A stretch of 58,989 nt of DNA, the filler included, from Dugesia japonica (Eukaryota): NCBI GenBank assembly GCA_001938525.1. It is 5 parts of 5 records of this genome, joined end to end, with 100 filler letters (N's around TTAATTAATTAA, not from the genome) between each part and the next. Parts side by side here need not be neighbours in the genome. Positions count along the whole stretch, not along the records: positions 1 to 10,694 come from MQRL01184903.1; positions 10,795 to 22,065 come from MQRL01366302.1; 3 more parts are not named here. The stretch is one strand, 5' to 3'. The notes under the pieces were generated by a model. It did no database searches. It saw only the letters and a program-made list of their open reading frames with translations, and was not told the origin of the DNA. The translations under genes and the position numbers were made by a program. Shown piece by piece: positions 1 to 12,069 of the stretch; position 1 is the stretch's first letter; each line of letters opens with the position of its first letter.

Positions 1-310
1 CGTTAGTCGTCTAACAATTTCCCGTCATTTGAAAGGCATTGGAAAGAAAAAAAGATGGACCAATGGGTTCCTCACTTATTTAATAATTCCCAAAAATCGC
101 AAAGATTGAAAATTTGCGAAATGCTGCTTGATCGAAATAAATCGGAATCTTTTTTAGATCGCATTGTCAAGTGTGATGAAAAATGGGTTGGCAAAAAGGT
201 GTAGAATCCGATGGTGACTATTGTACTTAAATAAAATTTGATTTTATTAGGCTTTTATTGATTTTATTGTCTATTACGTAATCGGACATTTCATATATGA
301 CAACCTAATA
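1..310 (+). mobile_element. Internally deleted mariner transposon, 3' part with right TIR
   Basis: Translates TISRHLKGIG, (frameshift) WVPHLF...FLDRIVKCDEKW, joined directly to the C-terminal WQKGVESDGDY; ends ...caacctaa-TA (reverse complement TATTAGGTTG, mariner-type end). Confidence 0.9.
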
Positions 311-624
311 TTTAAAATTTCAAAATGGCGACTATGTATAAGAAAATAAAGTATCACAAACCCAGCCCCCGGGTCCAAATTGTGACAGTGTGCTACTATC
401 TACCTACTTATATCCGGATTTCGAATAATCCGATGTCCGATTGAAGTCCCTAGTGGTATTTATATTGCACCAGTCTTGTACATTTATTGAAGTCATATTG
501 TACAAATAATTAACTTATACTATATATGTAATAAACCATATTGTATATTCATTATACATACATGTTAATTTCTTCAAATGTTTTGTGACTTCTATTAAAA
601 AATTAAATTATTTTCCCCATGCTT

Positions 625-875
625 TTACATAATATTTTGAAAAAACTACTGTAGTGTGCAAGAAATGTAGAAAAACAATTAGGTGCAATGAATCTTCAAC
701 GACTCCAATGATAAATCATCTAAAAACTCACAGCATTGTTTTAAATAAGTCTTCGAATAATATTATACAAAACGATTCATAGAAACAAAATATTGACAAA
801 CCAATAACCAGTAATATTATGAAGTAATTCTGGAAAAAATTACTACAAGAAATTTTATTAAGAGTCGTGCAGTTA
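625..875 (+). pseudogene. BED zinc-finger fragment, probably hAT transposase N-terminus
   Basis: CKKCRKTIRCNESSTTPMINHLKTH (CxxC...STTxMxxHLxxH), stops nearby. Confidence 0.7.
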
Positions 876-1500
876 CAATATTGAATTAATTAAATAAATA
901 ATTTTCCTACCCAAAGATTCTCAATGTTACAAATCAGTATACTTTCAATTAGTTTATTACTATGATGAAAATATTACCATTCAACTCAAAATAAAAAGTT
1001 ATCTAAACATTGTCTAAAAGCTTATAGCGAAAATGCTTCCTTGAAAAATTAAGCTATAATTATAATAGTTAAATATAATGATAATATTTTCAAAGATTTG
1101 ACTCAGAATTAAATACTAAATATACTTTGCATAAAAGACTTATACCTAAAAATGCACCGTTATAAAATAATAAATAATGATCATAGTTACATATTTAATG
1201 ATAATGTAAAGATAATATTTGCTCACCATTCGATCCAGAATTAAAAACTGCCTATACATTGTTTAAATGACTAGTATGTTAAAACGATTGCTTCATGCTA
1301 AAAAATAAGCTTCTTTTGAGTACTGACATCTGGCACACTGGATTATCTCACCCCAGAATTAGATGATGTAATGAAACTTAATCCTATTGCATTTAGTTGA
1401 GAATTTAAAAGTGACATCATATTAGGTTATATTATTGTGGTTGTGTTTTGAAAAGCGAGTTAAAATTTTGGTGTCATTGGTGGTCATATTCTTTTTAAAA

Positions 1501-1562
1501 TCTTTCTACTTCTTACTAAAGAACCTCATTTTCTGACACGAAGCAAGCGTGTTCAGTACTAG
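1501..1562 (+). mobile_element. Tiny Helitron-like remnant / Helitron 3' end
   Basis: Starts TC; hairpin ACACG-aagcaag-CGTGT followed a few nt later by CTAG|T. Confidence 0.4.
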
Positions 1563-3666
1563 TCCTTTAGGAAATATATATAGGAAGTTTTTAATTATAT
1601 ATCAAATGGTATAAAATTTTAAACTGTATGATCAAAATTGACTGAGAAATCCTTGCAACAAAATTCAAATGTTCTGATGCGGTACTACACTTTTAGCGAG
1701 TACTAAACATGTTTAGAAATTATATTCTTACACAGAATTGAATTCCAAGTAAAACTATACCAAATTCAATATCATACCATAAAATTCGCCAAAAAATTAA
1801 ATTTCAAAAATTCGAATTTTCGAAATTCACAATAAAATAATTCGACCAACCAAAATCGAAATCGAAAAATTTCTGAAGTAATTGTAACGACCAATCAAAA
1901 TGATATAATACTAAAACAGTCAAAACAGCAAAATTAGTATAACAGTCAGCGGGGGCGGAGTGTTTCCGTGATTTACTGTTTATCTACTGGAGAAAATTAA
2001 TTAATTTAATTAATTCAATATTGTATGAATTTTAAATGGCTTGATAAATGGTTTTCACAAATTTTAATGGATTTAAGGGAAATCTTTGTGAATTTTCAAG
2101 GATTTATGGGAGTTTTCAGAACTTTAAGGGATTTATTTGATTTTTAGAAATTTTTATGGAATCTTTAAGTTTTTATGCATATATGATATTTTTATAGAAT
2201 TTTTCGGGATTATTTTATTATTATACTATTATTATTATACATGATTTTATAGTATTTTCACGTGGTTTCTCTTAAGTGTCTTATAATTGTTATAGCAATG
2301 TTACACGTGTAAATTAAAAATAATAATTAAAATATTCCACGTGGGAAATTTAATTAATAATTAAAATAATTATATTAAGAATATTGTTTTTTTTAATCGC
2401 ATGAATTTATTATAAAAGCATGTATGTATGTGTGTATTAATAATTTATGGTATAAACCAAGTATATTTATAGATTTTCGTTATAATTTAAAATGAAAAAA
2501 GTAAGTCTTTTTTTAAAAGATTTTAAATATTTAATTTATTTTTGGACTATAAAAAGGAAATGAACAATATAATGATTAGCAAAACAACTAACAATATGAG
2601 CATAAACTCACTGAAGAATGAAATCAATAAAGTAATTATGATCTTTAATCAATTCCATTTGATTTGGATATTTTAGAACCATAATGAAAACGTTAGGAAC
2701 AATGAAAATGAATTCTTGATAAACGAAGAATTGAATTGGAATTTTACGAAAAACCAAGGGGTTAATGCGAATATTATGAACCAAACTGATTTCATACAAA
2801 ACATAATTTAATGAAATTTTAAACTTGTTAGTTATTTTTATTTTTTTTTAAATTTAATTATTTTTGAAAAAATAATTAATATTTAACTTTATTGATTTAA
2901 CTTTTACTTAATTTAATAATTAGCTGTAATAATTTTCTTGTGACTAACTTTTAAAAATGTTAGTTTAATTTTTTTAATAATTCATTTCATAATTGTAGTT
3001 TTGATTTAAAATTCTAAGACTATAATTTAATTTGACATGTTTAATTTAATTTTAATCATAAATTTAAGGTTTAATAAGTATTGATCGAATAAATTATATA
3101 AATAAGTTTTAGATTTAAGTAACTTTTTAAGACTTGTTAATGTTAATGTTATTATTTACTTATATAATTGCTTTTTATAGAAATCTGAACAATATACACA
3201 AATGTTTGCGTTAATCAAATATATAGTGAAGACTTTCAGGAGAAAATGGAGAAATACTATGGTGTTTTCATAACAGATCGAAATACTATATAGATTTAGG
3301 TACATAAGATGAATTTTATAGGATCCATACACATCATTTATCACAATTTATTAAAACTAAAAAAGAATTATTACCAACAATACTTATTAACATAGATGAT
3401 CCACTTTGTATAAAGTTTAAATCTGAAGCCTTAATGATGATAAAAGTTTTGCTCCATTTTTTTATCTATCTGTTGATACATGTTTTGATCCGATTATTAT
3501 TTTAGTTGGTAATTCCAACGTTATTGTTGCTCCAGTTGTCGATCTAGTTGATGATCCGGTTATTTATCTGACTGATGATCCAGTTAATGATCTAACTGTT
3601 GATGGGTATTCCGAGATTTTTGTTGATGAAATAAGCAATCAAGAGATAGTTTATGAAAATGAGGAA

Positions 3667-5344
3667 ATGGATGGAGATAAACCGTTTAATATTCAAATAG
3701 GTGGTTCTATTTATAAAGCTGTAATTAAAACCGACTTGTATGGTTGTCATCAATTTTTTAAGCTGAATGTTAAGAGATTCAATATGACTGAGGTAATTCT
3801 AACAGTTAATTTGATCCAGAACTTATTTAAGATAATTCATAAAATGAAACATGTTAAGATTCAGTTTGGAATTCATATGGAATTTATTAGGAATCAAGAT
3901 TTAAGACCTAAAGATTATCGAATATTGCTCTCTCATTATCGGACAAATCTTTCGAAGAAAGTATAAAAGGATTAAATGAAAAGATTGTAGTAAGGTTTCA
4001 ACTAGGAAATAGTTGGATTCTTAGTAGAATATTGAAGATACACTTTAGGATAATTAAAGTTAGTGATATGAGCAGGTTGTTGGGAAGTAGTCATATCCCA
4101 ACACCTGAAAATCTTGTGAATAAAACAGCTGTTCTTAATGTTCAAAACAAAGAAAACATGTGTTTCATCTATAGTATTCTTGCTATACTTAAATAATGAT
4201 GAATTAAATAAGATAAAATTAGAGAATTTCATTAGTATCAAGCTCAAAATATAAACCATTATTTAGCTTACAATAGACTTGAACTACTTACTTTCTTTCG
4301 TATTCCAGGCATGTCATGGACTTCTGAATTGATGACTTAATTTTTTCATTAAACTAATTCAGCTATTGACTGACAATGACATGTAAATTTTCTTTGAGGG
4401 TAGTATTAGAGGTGGACTTACCTTTCTTAACAAGCATTATATAGCTTCTGATTAAAACACTGGCGTTTTATACATTGATATTAATAATTTTTATGGTTAA
4501 ACTTCAAGCCAAAAACTCCCTTATAAACATTTTGAATGGATCTATTCTGATTTTGATGACTAATTGAATTATTGCTTGATTCCTGACTTGAATTCTTTAT
4601 ATTATGGTTATACCTTTGAAGTAATAGTAATTTCTATTGAATTAAATGAGTATTTGTCTGACCTTCATGTTGCTGTTGAACACCAAAGTCCTCCTAGTTT
4701 TCAGGTGAAAATTTTGTTGCTAACACATTATCCTGAGAATAATTATTCATTGGAGATGAATAAAATTTTGTTGCTAACACATTATCCTGAGAATAATTAT
4801 TCATTGGAGATTGTTGCAAATATACTTACAATTAGGTGTTAAAATTAATAAAGTTCACAGAGCCGTTAAGTTTAGGCAGAAAAGTATCTATAAATATCTT
4901 GATAATACCTAATTAAGAGCATAAAGTAACTCCAATCTTGAAAAGAAATATTTTAAACTCTTGAATAATAGTATGTAAGAAAAATCTATAGAAAATCTTA
5001 AAAAACTTATGAATCTTAACATAAACGTCGAAACCGGGGTTTAGGAAATTCATTTCGACAGACAATGACCTGATTGCTGTCTTGTTGAATAAGAAATTAG
5101 TTTTTATAGATATACCTAGTTACATTGGTTAAACAGTTCTTAATCTTTCTAAATTAAGGATGTACCACTTACAATAAATCGAACGCAACAAATAAAAGAA
5201 GTAGGATAATTGTAAGATTAATATTGTTATAGTGAGGGTTAATCTACTTGACACTTCAAATTATTCAAAATCCCATCATCTTTATAGTAAAAAGTTTTAT
5301 TTGGTTAATGGAAAGTTTAAGGATGAAAATAAGGGTTATATATA
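3667..5344 (+). pseudogene. Protein-primed DNA polymerase B (Polinton/adintovirus type), internally deleted, copy 1
   Basis: GNSW..GSSHIPTPENLVNKTAVLNVQNKENMCFIYSILA; IPGMSW; LLTDNDM*IFFEGSIRGG; LYIDINNFYG*TSSQKLPYKHFEW; FKLLNNSM; DTSNYSKSHHLYS..GKFKDE; many stops; exonuclease region missing. Confidence 0.92.
4708..4811 (+). repeat. 54-bp tandem duplication inside PolB
   Basis: aaaattttgttgctaacacattatcctgagaataattattcattggagat at 4708 and 4762 (KILLLTHYPENNYSLE twice). Confidence 0.95.
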
Positions 5345-5638
5345 TGTTGGGAATATAGGATTTGATATTCGTTTTAATAATGATTACTTTATCTACATGT
5401 CTAGGGGCATACCTAAAATCCACAAGTATTTTTGTCACCTGTGTGACATGCCCCTTTTTTCCCATGGGTTCAGCGCGACTTTGTGGTATCGCGTCTTAGC
5501 TACTGTTTTCCTGAACCTAAACTAACATCACTCACATTTGCTCAGTATTAATGCACATTAATTATAAATTAAATTCGGCCATACATAACCACTTAAAATA
5601 AAATATGCATCAACATGACAATGAAAAACATTTATTAA

Positions 5639-5945
5639 TTATTCATCTACTTCTAAATTTACTGTGGTGTTATCCGCATTTGATTCTCCTGGTGCCTCTT
5701 GATACAGCAGCCATAACGAGCGTAAGTTATTGAACATTGTTGCCTCACGGTCGGCATAAATTTTTATTACATCCGCCATTAACCGATTAGCCTTTTGTAA
5801 GGCTAACTCCTTTTCTTTCAGTTTTCGATATCGGGCGTCATGTTCCGGGCGTCTTCGATCCTCAGATTCCGACGCTCCTCCTTCTATTTTTTCTGCATTA
5901 CTATTACCTCTTTCATGCTGACTTTATTTTCAGTTGCTTTGTCCA
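5639..5945 (-). pseudogene. Family X coiled-coil gene ('MADVIKIYADRE' family), copy A
   Basis: LKEKELALQKANRLMADVIKIYADREATMFNNLRSLW...VNLEVDE*; homologous to 21246, 34609, 40817. Confidence 0.75.
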
Positions 5946-6406
5946 CTAAATTATAATAATAATTAAGAAAATATTTAACACTGAATTTGGTTTAGTTAGG
6001 GGAGGAACAAAAACTGGGTAGTTTAACTTAAACTCGGCTGAAATCTGAGAAAACAAACAAAAAAGAAAAACTCTGACGTGTTAAAACCGCCAACTACACG
6101 ATTTATTCATTTCCGTGAATACCATCGTCTATACCACACTTAAACACATCATTCCTTGAAGTGCTAGTTATTTATGCTCTTATCAGTATTGACCATGCCA
6201 TCAAAATTGACACGTCCCGTTATTGCATAACATATACATTAAGAGAAAAAAAACTTGATAGCCCCACTCCACCGCCTCTGCAGTACTATTACTTTACTCG
6301 TGACCTACATATCACCTCTCTAACTCTTCTGATCAATGATAAAATTAAAACGAATTCCACATATCATTAAAGACACGAAACACTTTTATTCCACAGAATT
6401 TTAGTT

Positions 6407-6858
6407 CTACTCCGGATCTCTCAAATCCATCAGCTCTCGTACTATTGCCTGCTCCTCGGCCTCGTCGTTTACATCTTTATAATTGGCAAGTGAGAAAACA
6501 CGGGTGATCTTTGGCGATGAATTCGATAGCTCCTCCTGGAGTCGTTTCATCTGATTCAACAGGGATTTCCGAACCCTGTCTAATTGACACTCTAACGTTC
6601 TTATCATGGTACGCTGGACGGCTGTTTGCAAGCGAATCGTCTCGTTGTCCGCTTTGAGACTCTGGATTTCTAGCTGCTGCCTTACTAAATCATCTATTCT
6701 CATGGTTTGTACTTCGTCCCACTCGATATAGTATCGGCCTAACTCATCAATGTAGGGCCAGTTGTAACGAGGTCTCTGTAAATTTCGCCTGCTTTTAGTC
6801 ATCTAAGAATTGAGAAATTATGAAATAGTACAATACTGTTGGAACTTCTGGATGCCAT
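6407..6858 (-). CDS. Orphan coiled-coil protein of family X (131-aa open exon, possible short first exon with 29-nt intron)
   Basis: Open ORF with heptad pattern, GC-richer than flanks, preceded by ttcttag acceptor and followed by AATAAA. Confidence 0.55.
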
Positions 6859-7333
6859 TTTCTTAATTGAAATATAGATAAACATGATATTGAATATTTA
6901 TACATTAAGACATTGGGAGTAACAATTAAAACAAAGTCACTGATTAATCAAATTTATATTTAGCTGATAATTACAAATTAGGTTAATGTTGTTTCCCTTG
7001 TTACTGTTACTGTACTGTATCCTGATTCCGTTTTTATTTACAATTTACCGGGTGTCACTCTCACAGACGCACCACCTGCCTGTCTTCATTGGGCCATTCA
7101 CACACTAAATTTGACTCCGCCATTAGCGTCTCCACAACACAGCTTTACAATCTTTGAAAATCCTCAGACACTCTATATACAAATTGGAATTATTCTGATT
7201 ACGTATTGAATAAATATCTATATTTGTCAATCCATCTACTTCTACTATACCATTACTGTTTTTGATTTTTTGGAATACAAGTTTTTTTACATAGTCATAA
7301 AGTTACTATTTAATACATATAATCTACAGTATT

Positions 7334-7731
7334 TTACATCTCGGCATCCGATGTCATACGTAACTCTCTTCTCCATACCACATCCTCTCGCTTGTCTCGA
7401 TAGTGCTTAGGATTGTGGATACGCTCGGTAATCTGTTAATTTGGGATAAAACGAGCTCTGCATTATAGGCTTGCAACTCCTCCACTTAATGTCTCAGATC
7501 CTCTACGATTTTGTTAGTTCCACTCAAGGTTTGTAGGTAAAAATTCCGATTCTCAGTAATCTGTCGTCTTTGATTCTCTACTATTTTATTCAATCGGTGT
7601 ATCTGCATCACATAAAAATTTTGATTCTCCACAAGGGTTGCGTTTAATTGTCGCGTCTGTTATAACTGTTCGTTAAAAATATCGGAATTCCTCATTACGC
7701 GCCGGCAGTGTTCGTCCCATAAGTTCTCCAT
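7334..7731 (-). pseudogene. Orphan coiled-coil pseudogene with internal repeat
   Basis: MENLWDEHCRRVMRN...ENQNFYVMQIHRLNKIVENQRRQ / ENRNFYLQTLSGTNKIVEDLRH, in-frame stops. Confidence 0.5.
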
Positions 7732-7769
7732 TGTAAAATAAGGATTTAAAGGCTGATTAAGCAGTTGGG

Positions 7770-7950
7770 TATAAGTTCTTCGGCCTTCGGCCTAATAGTC
7801 TGATTCCAATGTTATATAACCTGAACCAGGAAAGATAACCAACCAATGTAAGCATCTTTCCTCGTTCCCGTCATCACCACTAATTTTGATGGGTTTTTCT
7901 GTATTCGTTAATATCGATTTACGTCAACTATTCCGTTCGACAAATTTTAA
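7770..7950 (-). pseudogene. Family X 'RPKN' gene, copy A
   Basis: MLTLVGYLSWFRLYNIGIRLLGRRPKN aligns with LLLLVGIFSGPCYRNGDEIIGPRPKN at 40299. Confidence 0.55.
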
Positions 7951-8954
7951 AAAAACAAAAACTTATTAGATAAATCAATGAAACCATAACTAAAGGACTA
8001 AAATTGTAATTAGATCTTTATTTTGATCAACACGTCAGCGCAAATATCTTCCTATGCATATTTGCTTAGAAAACAAAAATAAATCCTCGTTCTACTAATC
8101 TTTCGGTGAGAATAGCATAAATAATACCTCCGTTGATCACTTTAAATATCGAACAACCTTATTAAAATGAATAAATAATTATTTCACGAAAATCTAATTA
8201 ATTCCTAAAAATTTCAATAAGTCGGCACCATTTACTTGGTACAATAATTTTATTTAGACTTAAATATCATTATGTTATTATGCAATGAAATAAATAAATT
8301 GACGAGAATTATGTAATATAGAGTTTTATTAAAATTAAATCTTGATAAAAATAAAAAATAAATTTAAGATACAAGTATTTTAGTTACTAAACCAAACTGG
8401 AATTGATACTTTCCCATAAATCAAAACAGGCATTTTTCTCCCGAGACCGACCGAGCTCCATATATTCGCCATTGTTTAACCGGCTGATACTTGAATTTAT
8501 CCGATTCATCTCTAATTTCTCCTATTGCGATACTCATTAATTTTAACCCAAAATCATCCATTCTTTCTCTCGTATATTTAGGTATGATTCTCCGTACCAC
8601 CCTTTTCATTTCCTTCCTCATTAAATTTATTTAAAATGTTGGGTAGTTGCATAATTTATTCTCTCGATTCATTAATCGATGAATACTATAATTTTCTAGT
8701 GGCCTGCTCGATTTATAACTGCGGAACTTTAATGCATTGGCATATTCTTCAATAATTGGAACAAAAACCCAATAGCTCGATCCGTCCCGGAGAATTTAAG
8801 TTGAGAATGGCACTCGTTCATAAAAAAACATTTTTTAAATAAGCTGTAACTAAATGACAAAGATTTACTTTTAAAAGCTCCGGAATTACTGCTTCCTAAT
8901 GAAAGTTCTCTTATTGCTGCAAAATTAGAAAACGTGTCGAATATTTGAAACAAA

Positions 8955-9090
8955 TTCAAATTTTAACTCTGCCCAATATTTTCACAAAACTTAAATTTCA
9001 ACTTTTGCACTCGGTGCAATATTTCAACAACGATTAAATGTTCACTCTGCGCAATATTTTTACAAAAATTAAATTTTCACTCTGCCGTAT
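8955..9090. repeat. About 35-bp degenerate tandem repeat x4
   Basis: Recurring aaattt(t)cactctg(c/g)caatattt. Confidence 0.75.
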
Positions 9091-10208
9091 TTCTTCGCGC
9101 ACTCCCCTTTTATTTCAAGTTGGATAGGGAGATGGCTTGGCTCTCGATTAGCCTGCGAATAAGATTGGAAGTTTCACTATTGGCTTTTTGATTGGCTGCC
9201 ATCATCCTGATTTTGACGTGTGCATCCCGATGTTTCTTCATGTTTGTAAATATCGGTCATCACCTCATGTGACCTATGTGATGCATTAATTTGTTTCTAA
9301 GCAAAGTCCTTGTCTGAACGTCTGATGAATAATCCAGTTCGCTGTTTATTTATGACTATTATCATCAGATTCAGACAAGGCAAAAAGATGACTGGACCAA
9401 ATTAATTATTTTTCTAATAATATTAAACGCTATTTAGCGTTATTTATAATAAATAAAAACGGGTCGTAGAGGCCCTTCTAATATACTATTATATTATTGT
9501 AGATTATCTTTATTATTTGATTTTATATTTCCTTTCAGCTCGTATAATTTTCATTCCCACACGATGAAATTTGGGTCCTCTACGCCCGATTTTCGATTTT
9601 CGATATTTTAACAACTAATTATAATAATTATACTAATAATAATTACATCAGAATAATAATAATAATTTCGCATATAATAGGCCATTTTCTGGTCCAGCGG
9701 AAAAGGGTGTTCTTGAGACCTAAGTGTTACAGCCTTCTTAGCGAAAAGAGTGGATGAAAGCAATAACTAACACTAACGACAAAATAATATGGGTAGAAAA
9801 GAATAAAGGTCTAAAATACGGACCTAATGATGAGGAAACAACCTATTTAAAGGTAATCATTTTATTTGTTAATTGAAATTAATTAATTTTTTTATTTAGA
9901 TATTCAACCTTAAAGTTTCAGACGATTAAAGTAGATGAATAGAAGAGAAGATTTACTTTGAATAAATTGTTGTTTAAAAATCTTTTGTTCTTTTGTTATT
10001 TAAATTGTTATGTTTGTACTATTATTATACTGTAACATCAGTAATATTAAGTCTGTCCAGTTTAAATTCTAGTAATATTTTCATTTAAATTGTTATGTGC
10101 ATATTATTATTTCAATGATAATGATCAGTCAGGAAACAATTAGATTTCAATGTAGATATCACTTTGTAAGAATATTTATGGCATTTTCTATTTAATTTGT
10201 TATATATA

Positions 10209-10400
10209 TGTTGGGTTTCTATAATTTTGATATTTGAAAATATATTTTTTTCTTTTAGCTTCTCACTTCTGTATTTAATAATCCAACTTGCAATCGAGGT
10301 GAGTACCTAAAAATCACAAACAATTATGTCACCTCTTTGTCATGGCTCTCATTCCACAGGTCCAATGCGATTTTGCGGTATCACGTGATTTTCTCATTTA
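10209..10400 (-). mobile_element. Additional family X terminal segment
   Basis: TGTTGGG after TATATATA, then tacctaaaaatcacaa..tgtcacctc..catg..gcgattttgcggtatcacgt matching 5345-5500. Confidence 0.75.
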
Positions 10401-10738
10401 ATATAAAAATACAATCATTTACAACTTGCTCAGTACTTTTCTTAAAAAAATTAATATAAGTAGAGGGATAGTGGCGGTCTGGCGCACACATATTCAGTAC
10501 CCCCCCCNNNNNNNNNNNNNNNAAACGAAACATAATCCTAATGTATTTAGTCGACGATTTGAAATTGCACACCTATTAAGTAATTTTATGTAACTGCGCC
10601 AGTATTTTTTATGTGTATTAAGTTGGGAAAATTATTTGCAAACAAATTATGTCATAAGATAAATTTACGTAATAGGATTAAGTGGCTACATATTNNNNNN
10701 NNNNNNNNNNNNNNNNNNNNNNNNNNNNNNNNNNNNNN

Positions 10739-10750
10739 TTAATTAATTAA
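10739..10750. other. Artificial contig linker TTAATTAATTAA within N run
   Basis: Six-frame stop linker flanked by N runs. Confidence 0.97.
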
Positions 10751-12069
10751 NNNNNNNNNNNNNNNNNNNNNNNNNNNNNNNNNNNNNNNNNNNNAAGAAA
10801 GGAAAAGAATAAAAAAAGAAAATGGTGAAAAAAATAAAGTAAAATAAAGAAAAATTAAAAAATGAAGAGGGTTAAAGAAGGAAGAGGGTTAAAGAAAGAT
10901 TACGATAAAAAGGGTAAATGGTCATTATAAATAAACAAATTGGAATAAGTTTTATTTTATCTATGAAAATGGTAAATGTTGTTGAAGTTCGAGATAGAGA
11001 TTTACTAGAAGACGTTGGATCAAGAATGATTTGGAATGCAGATACTTGCATCTTGTATAGAAACCATTGCGCTAGTGAGTCACAATGGTGACTTNNNNNN
11101 NNNNNNNNNNNNNNNNNNNNNNNNNNNNNNNNNNNNNNNNNNNNNNNNNNNNNNNNNNNNNNNNNNNNNNNNNNNNNNNNNNNNNNNNNNNNNNNNNNNN
11201 NNNNNNNNNNNNNNNNNNNNNNNNNNNNNNNNNNNNNNNNNNNNNNNNNNNNNNNNNNNNNNNNNNNNNNNNNNNNNNNNNNNNNNNNNNNNNNNNNNNN
11301 NNNNNNNNNNNNNNNNNNNNNNNNNNNNNNNNNNNNNNNNNNNNNNNNNNNNNNNNNNNNNNNNNNNNNNNNNNNNNNNNTATTTCAAAATTTCTAACTC
11401 TTAAATAATTGGCTTTGTTAAATTTGAAATTTTAAAAATAAAAATTATGATTTTGTATCAAATAATTATAATAACAATTTTTGATTTTTAGTTAATAATT
11501 TTTTAGTTTCCTATGAATAATATATCTGCATATAAGCGTAATTCAGAAACTAAGCAACACAATAACACTCAATTTTAAATAGGCTATTTTTTTGCTGGGT
11601 TATCGTTATTATTATCCTTATGATCTGATTTTATAATTATCGTTTTTATTATTGTGGTACTATTACTAGTCCTATCATTATTTATTGTCCTTAGTATTAT
11701 CACAATTATTAAGCACAATCTTATTATTATTGAATCAATATCGATGTTACCACTGGTACATTCGTGGCTGTTAGCACTATAAGTTAATGTCATTACTATT
11801 AATATTACCGGTATTCCGCTCTTGGTGTATACGGTTAGTGCTCTTACTGCAGAGTAGTGTTACTCTTATAATTATATTCAGTATTATGGTCATGGTTATT
11901 ATGTGGCGTAACGGGTATTAACCGTAAGGTTCTCATTATTATTAGGAACGGTAAATTTATTATCATGTTATTAAATTCATTATTAGGATTGGCATCAGTA
12001 TTATTGAGATTATTATTCTTACCATCTTTAATAATGCTATTAATTTCTACTACCAATATCATTATTAAT

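Larger units (their letters stand above)
5345..9720 (-). mobile_element. Family X cassette copy A (unclassified multigene insertion interrupting PolB)
   Basis: Begins TGTTGGG after TATA exactly where PolB similarity stops; co-linear nucleotide and protein similarity to 38700-41420 in opposite orientation; right boundary uncertain. Confidence 0.7.

Noticed and set aside
1940-2400. GGGGGCGGAGT and CACGTG motifs as a Polinton terminal repeat
   Set aside because: No matching second end or TSD in the window
9320-9335. CTGATGA as a hammerhead core
   Set aside because: No stem II followed by GAAA; better explained as part of the long hairpin
5398-9483. Solo LTR bounded by TGTCTAGGG...CCCTTCTAATA
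   Set aside because: Similarity to other copies extends beyond both points, TSD imperfect, no PBS or PPT
5345-10400. 5345 and 10209 blocks as the paired LTRs of one element
   Set aside because: They look no more alike than copies on other contigs; independent insertions are more likely, though not excluded
11036-11408. ORFs of 102-122 aa
   Set aside because: Artefacts of translating an N gap
11584-12062. Asn/Ile-rich ORFs upstream of PolB
   Set aside because: Low-complexity ATT/AAT-rich sequence with no motif
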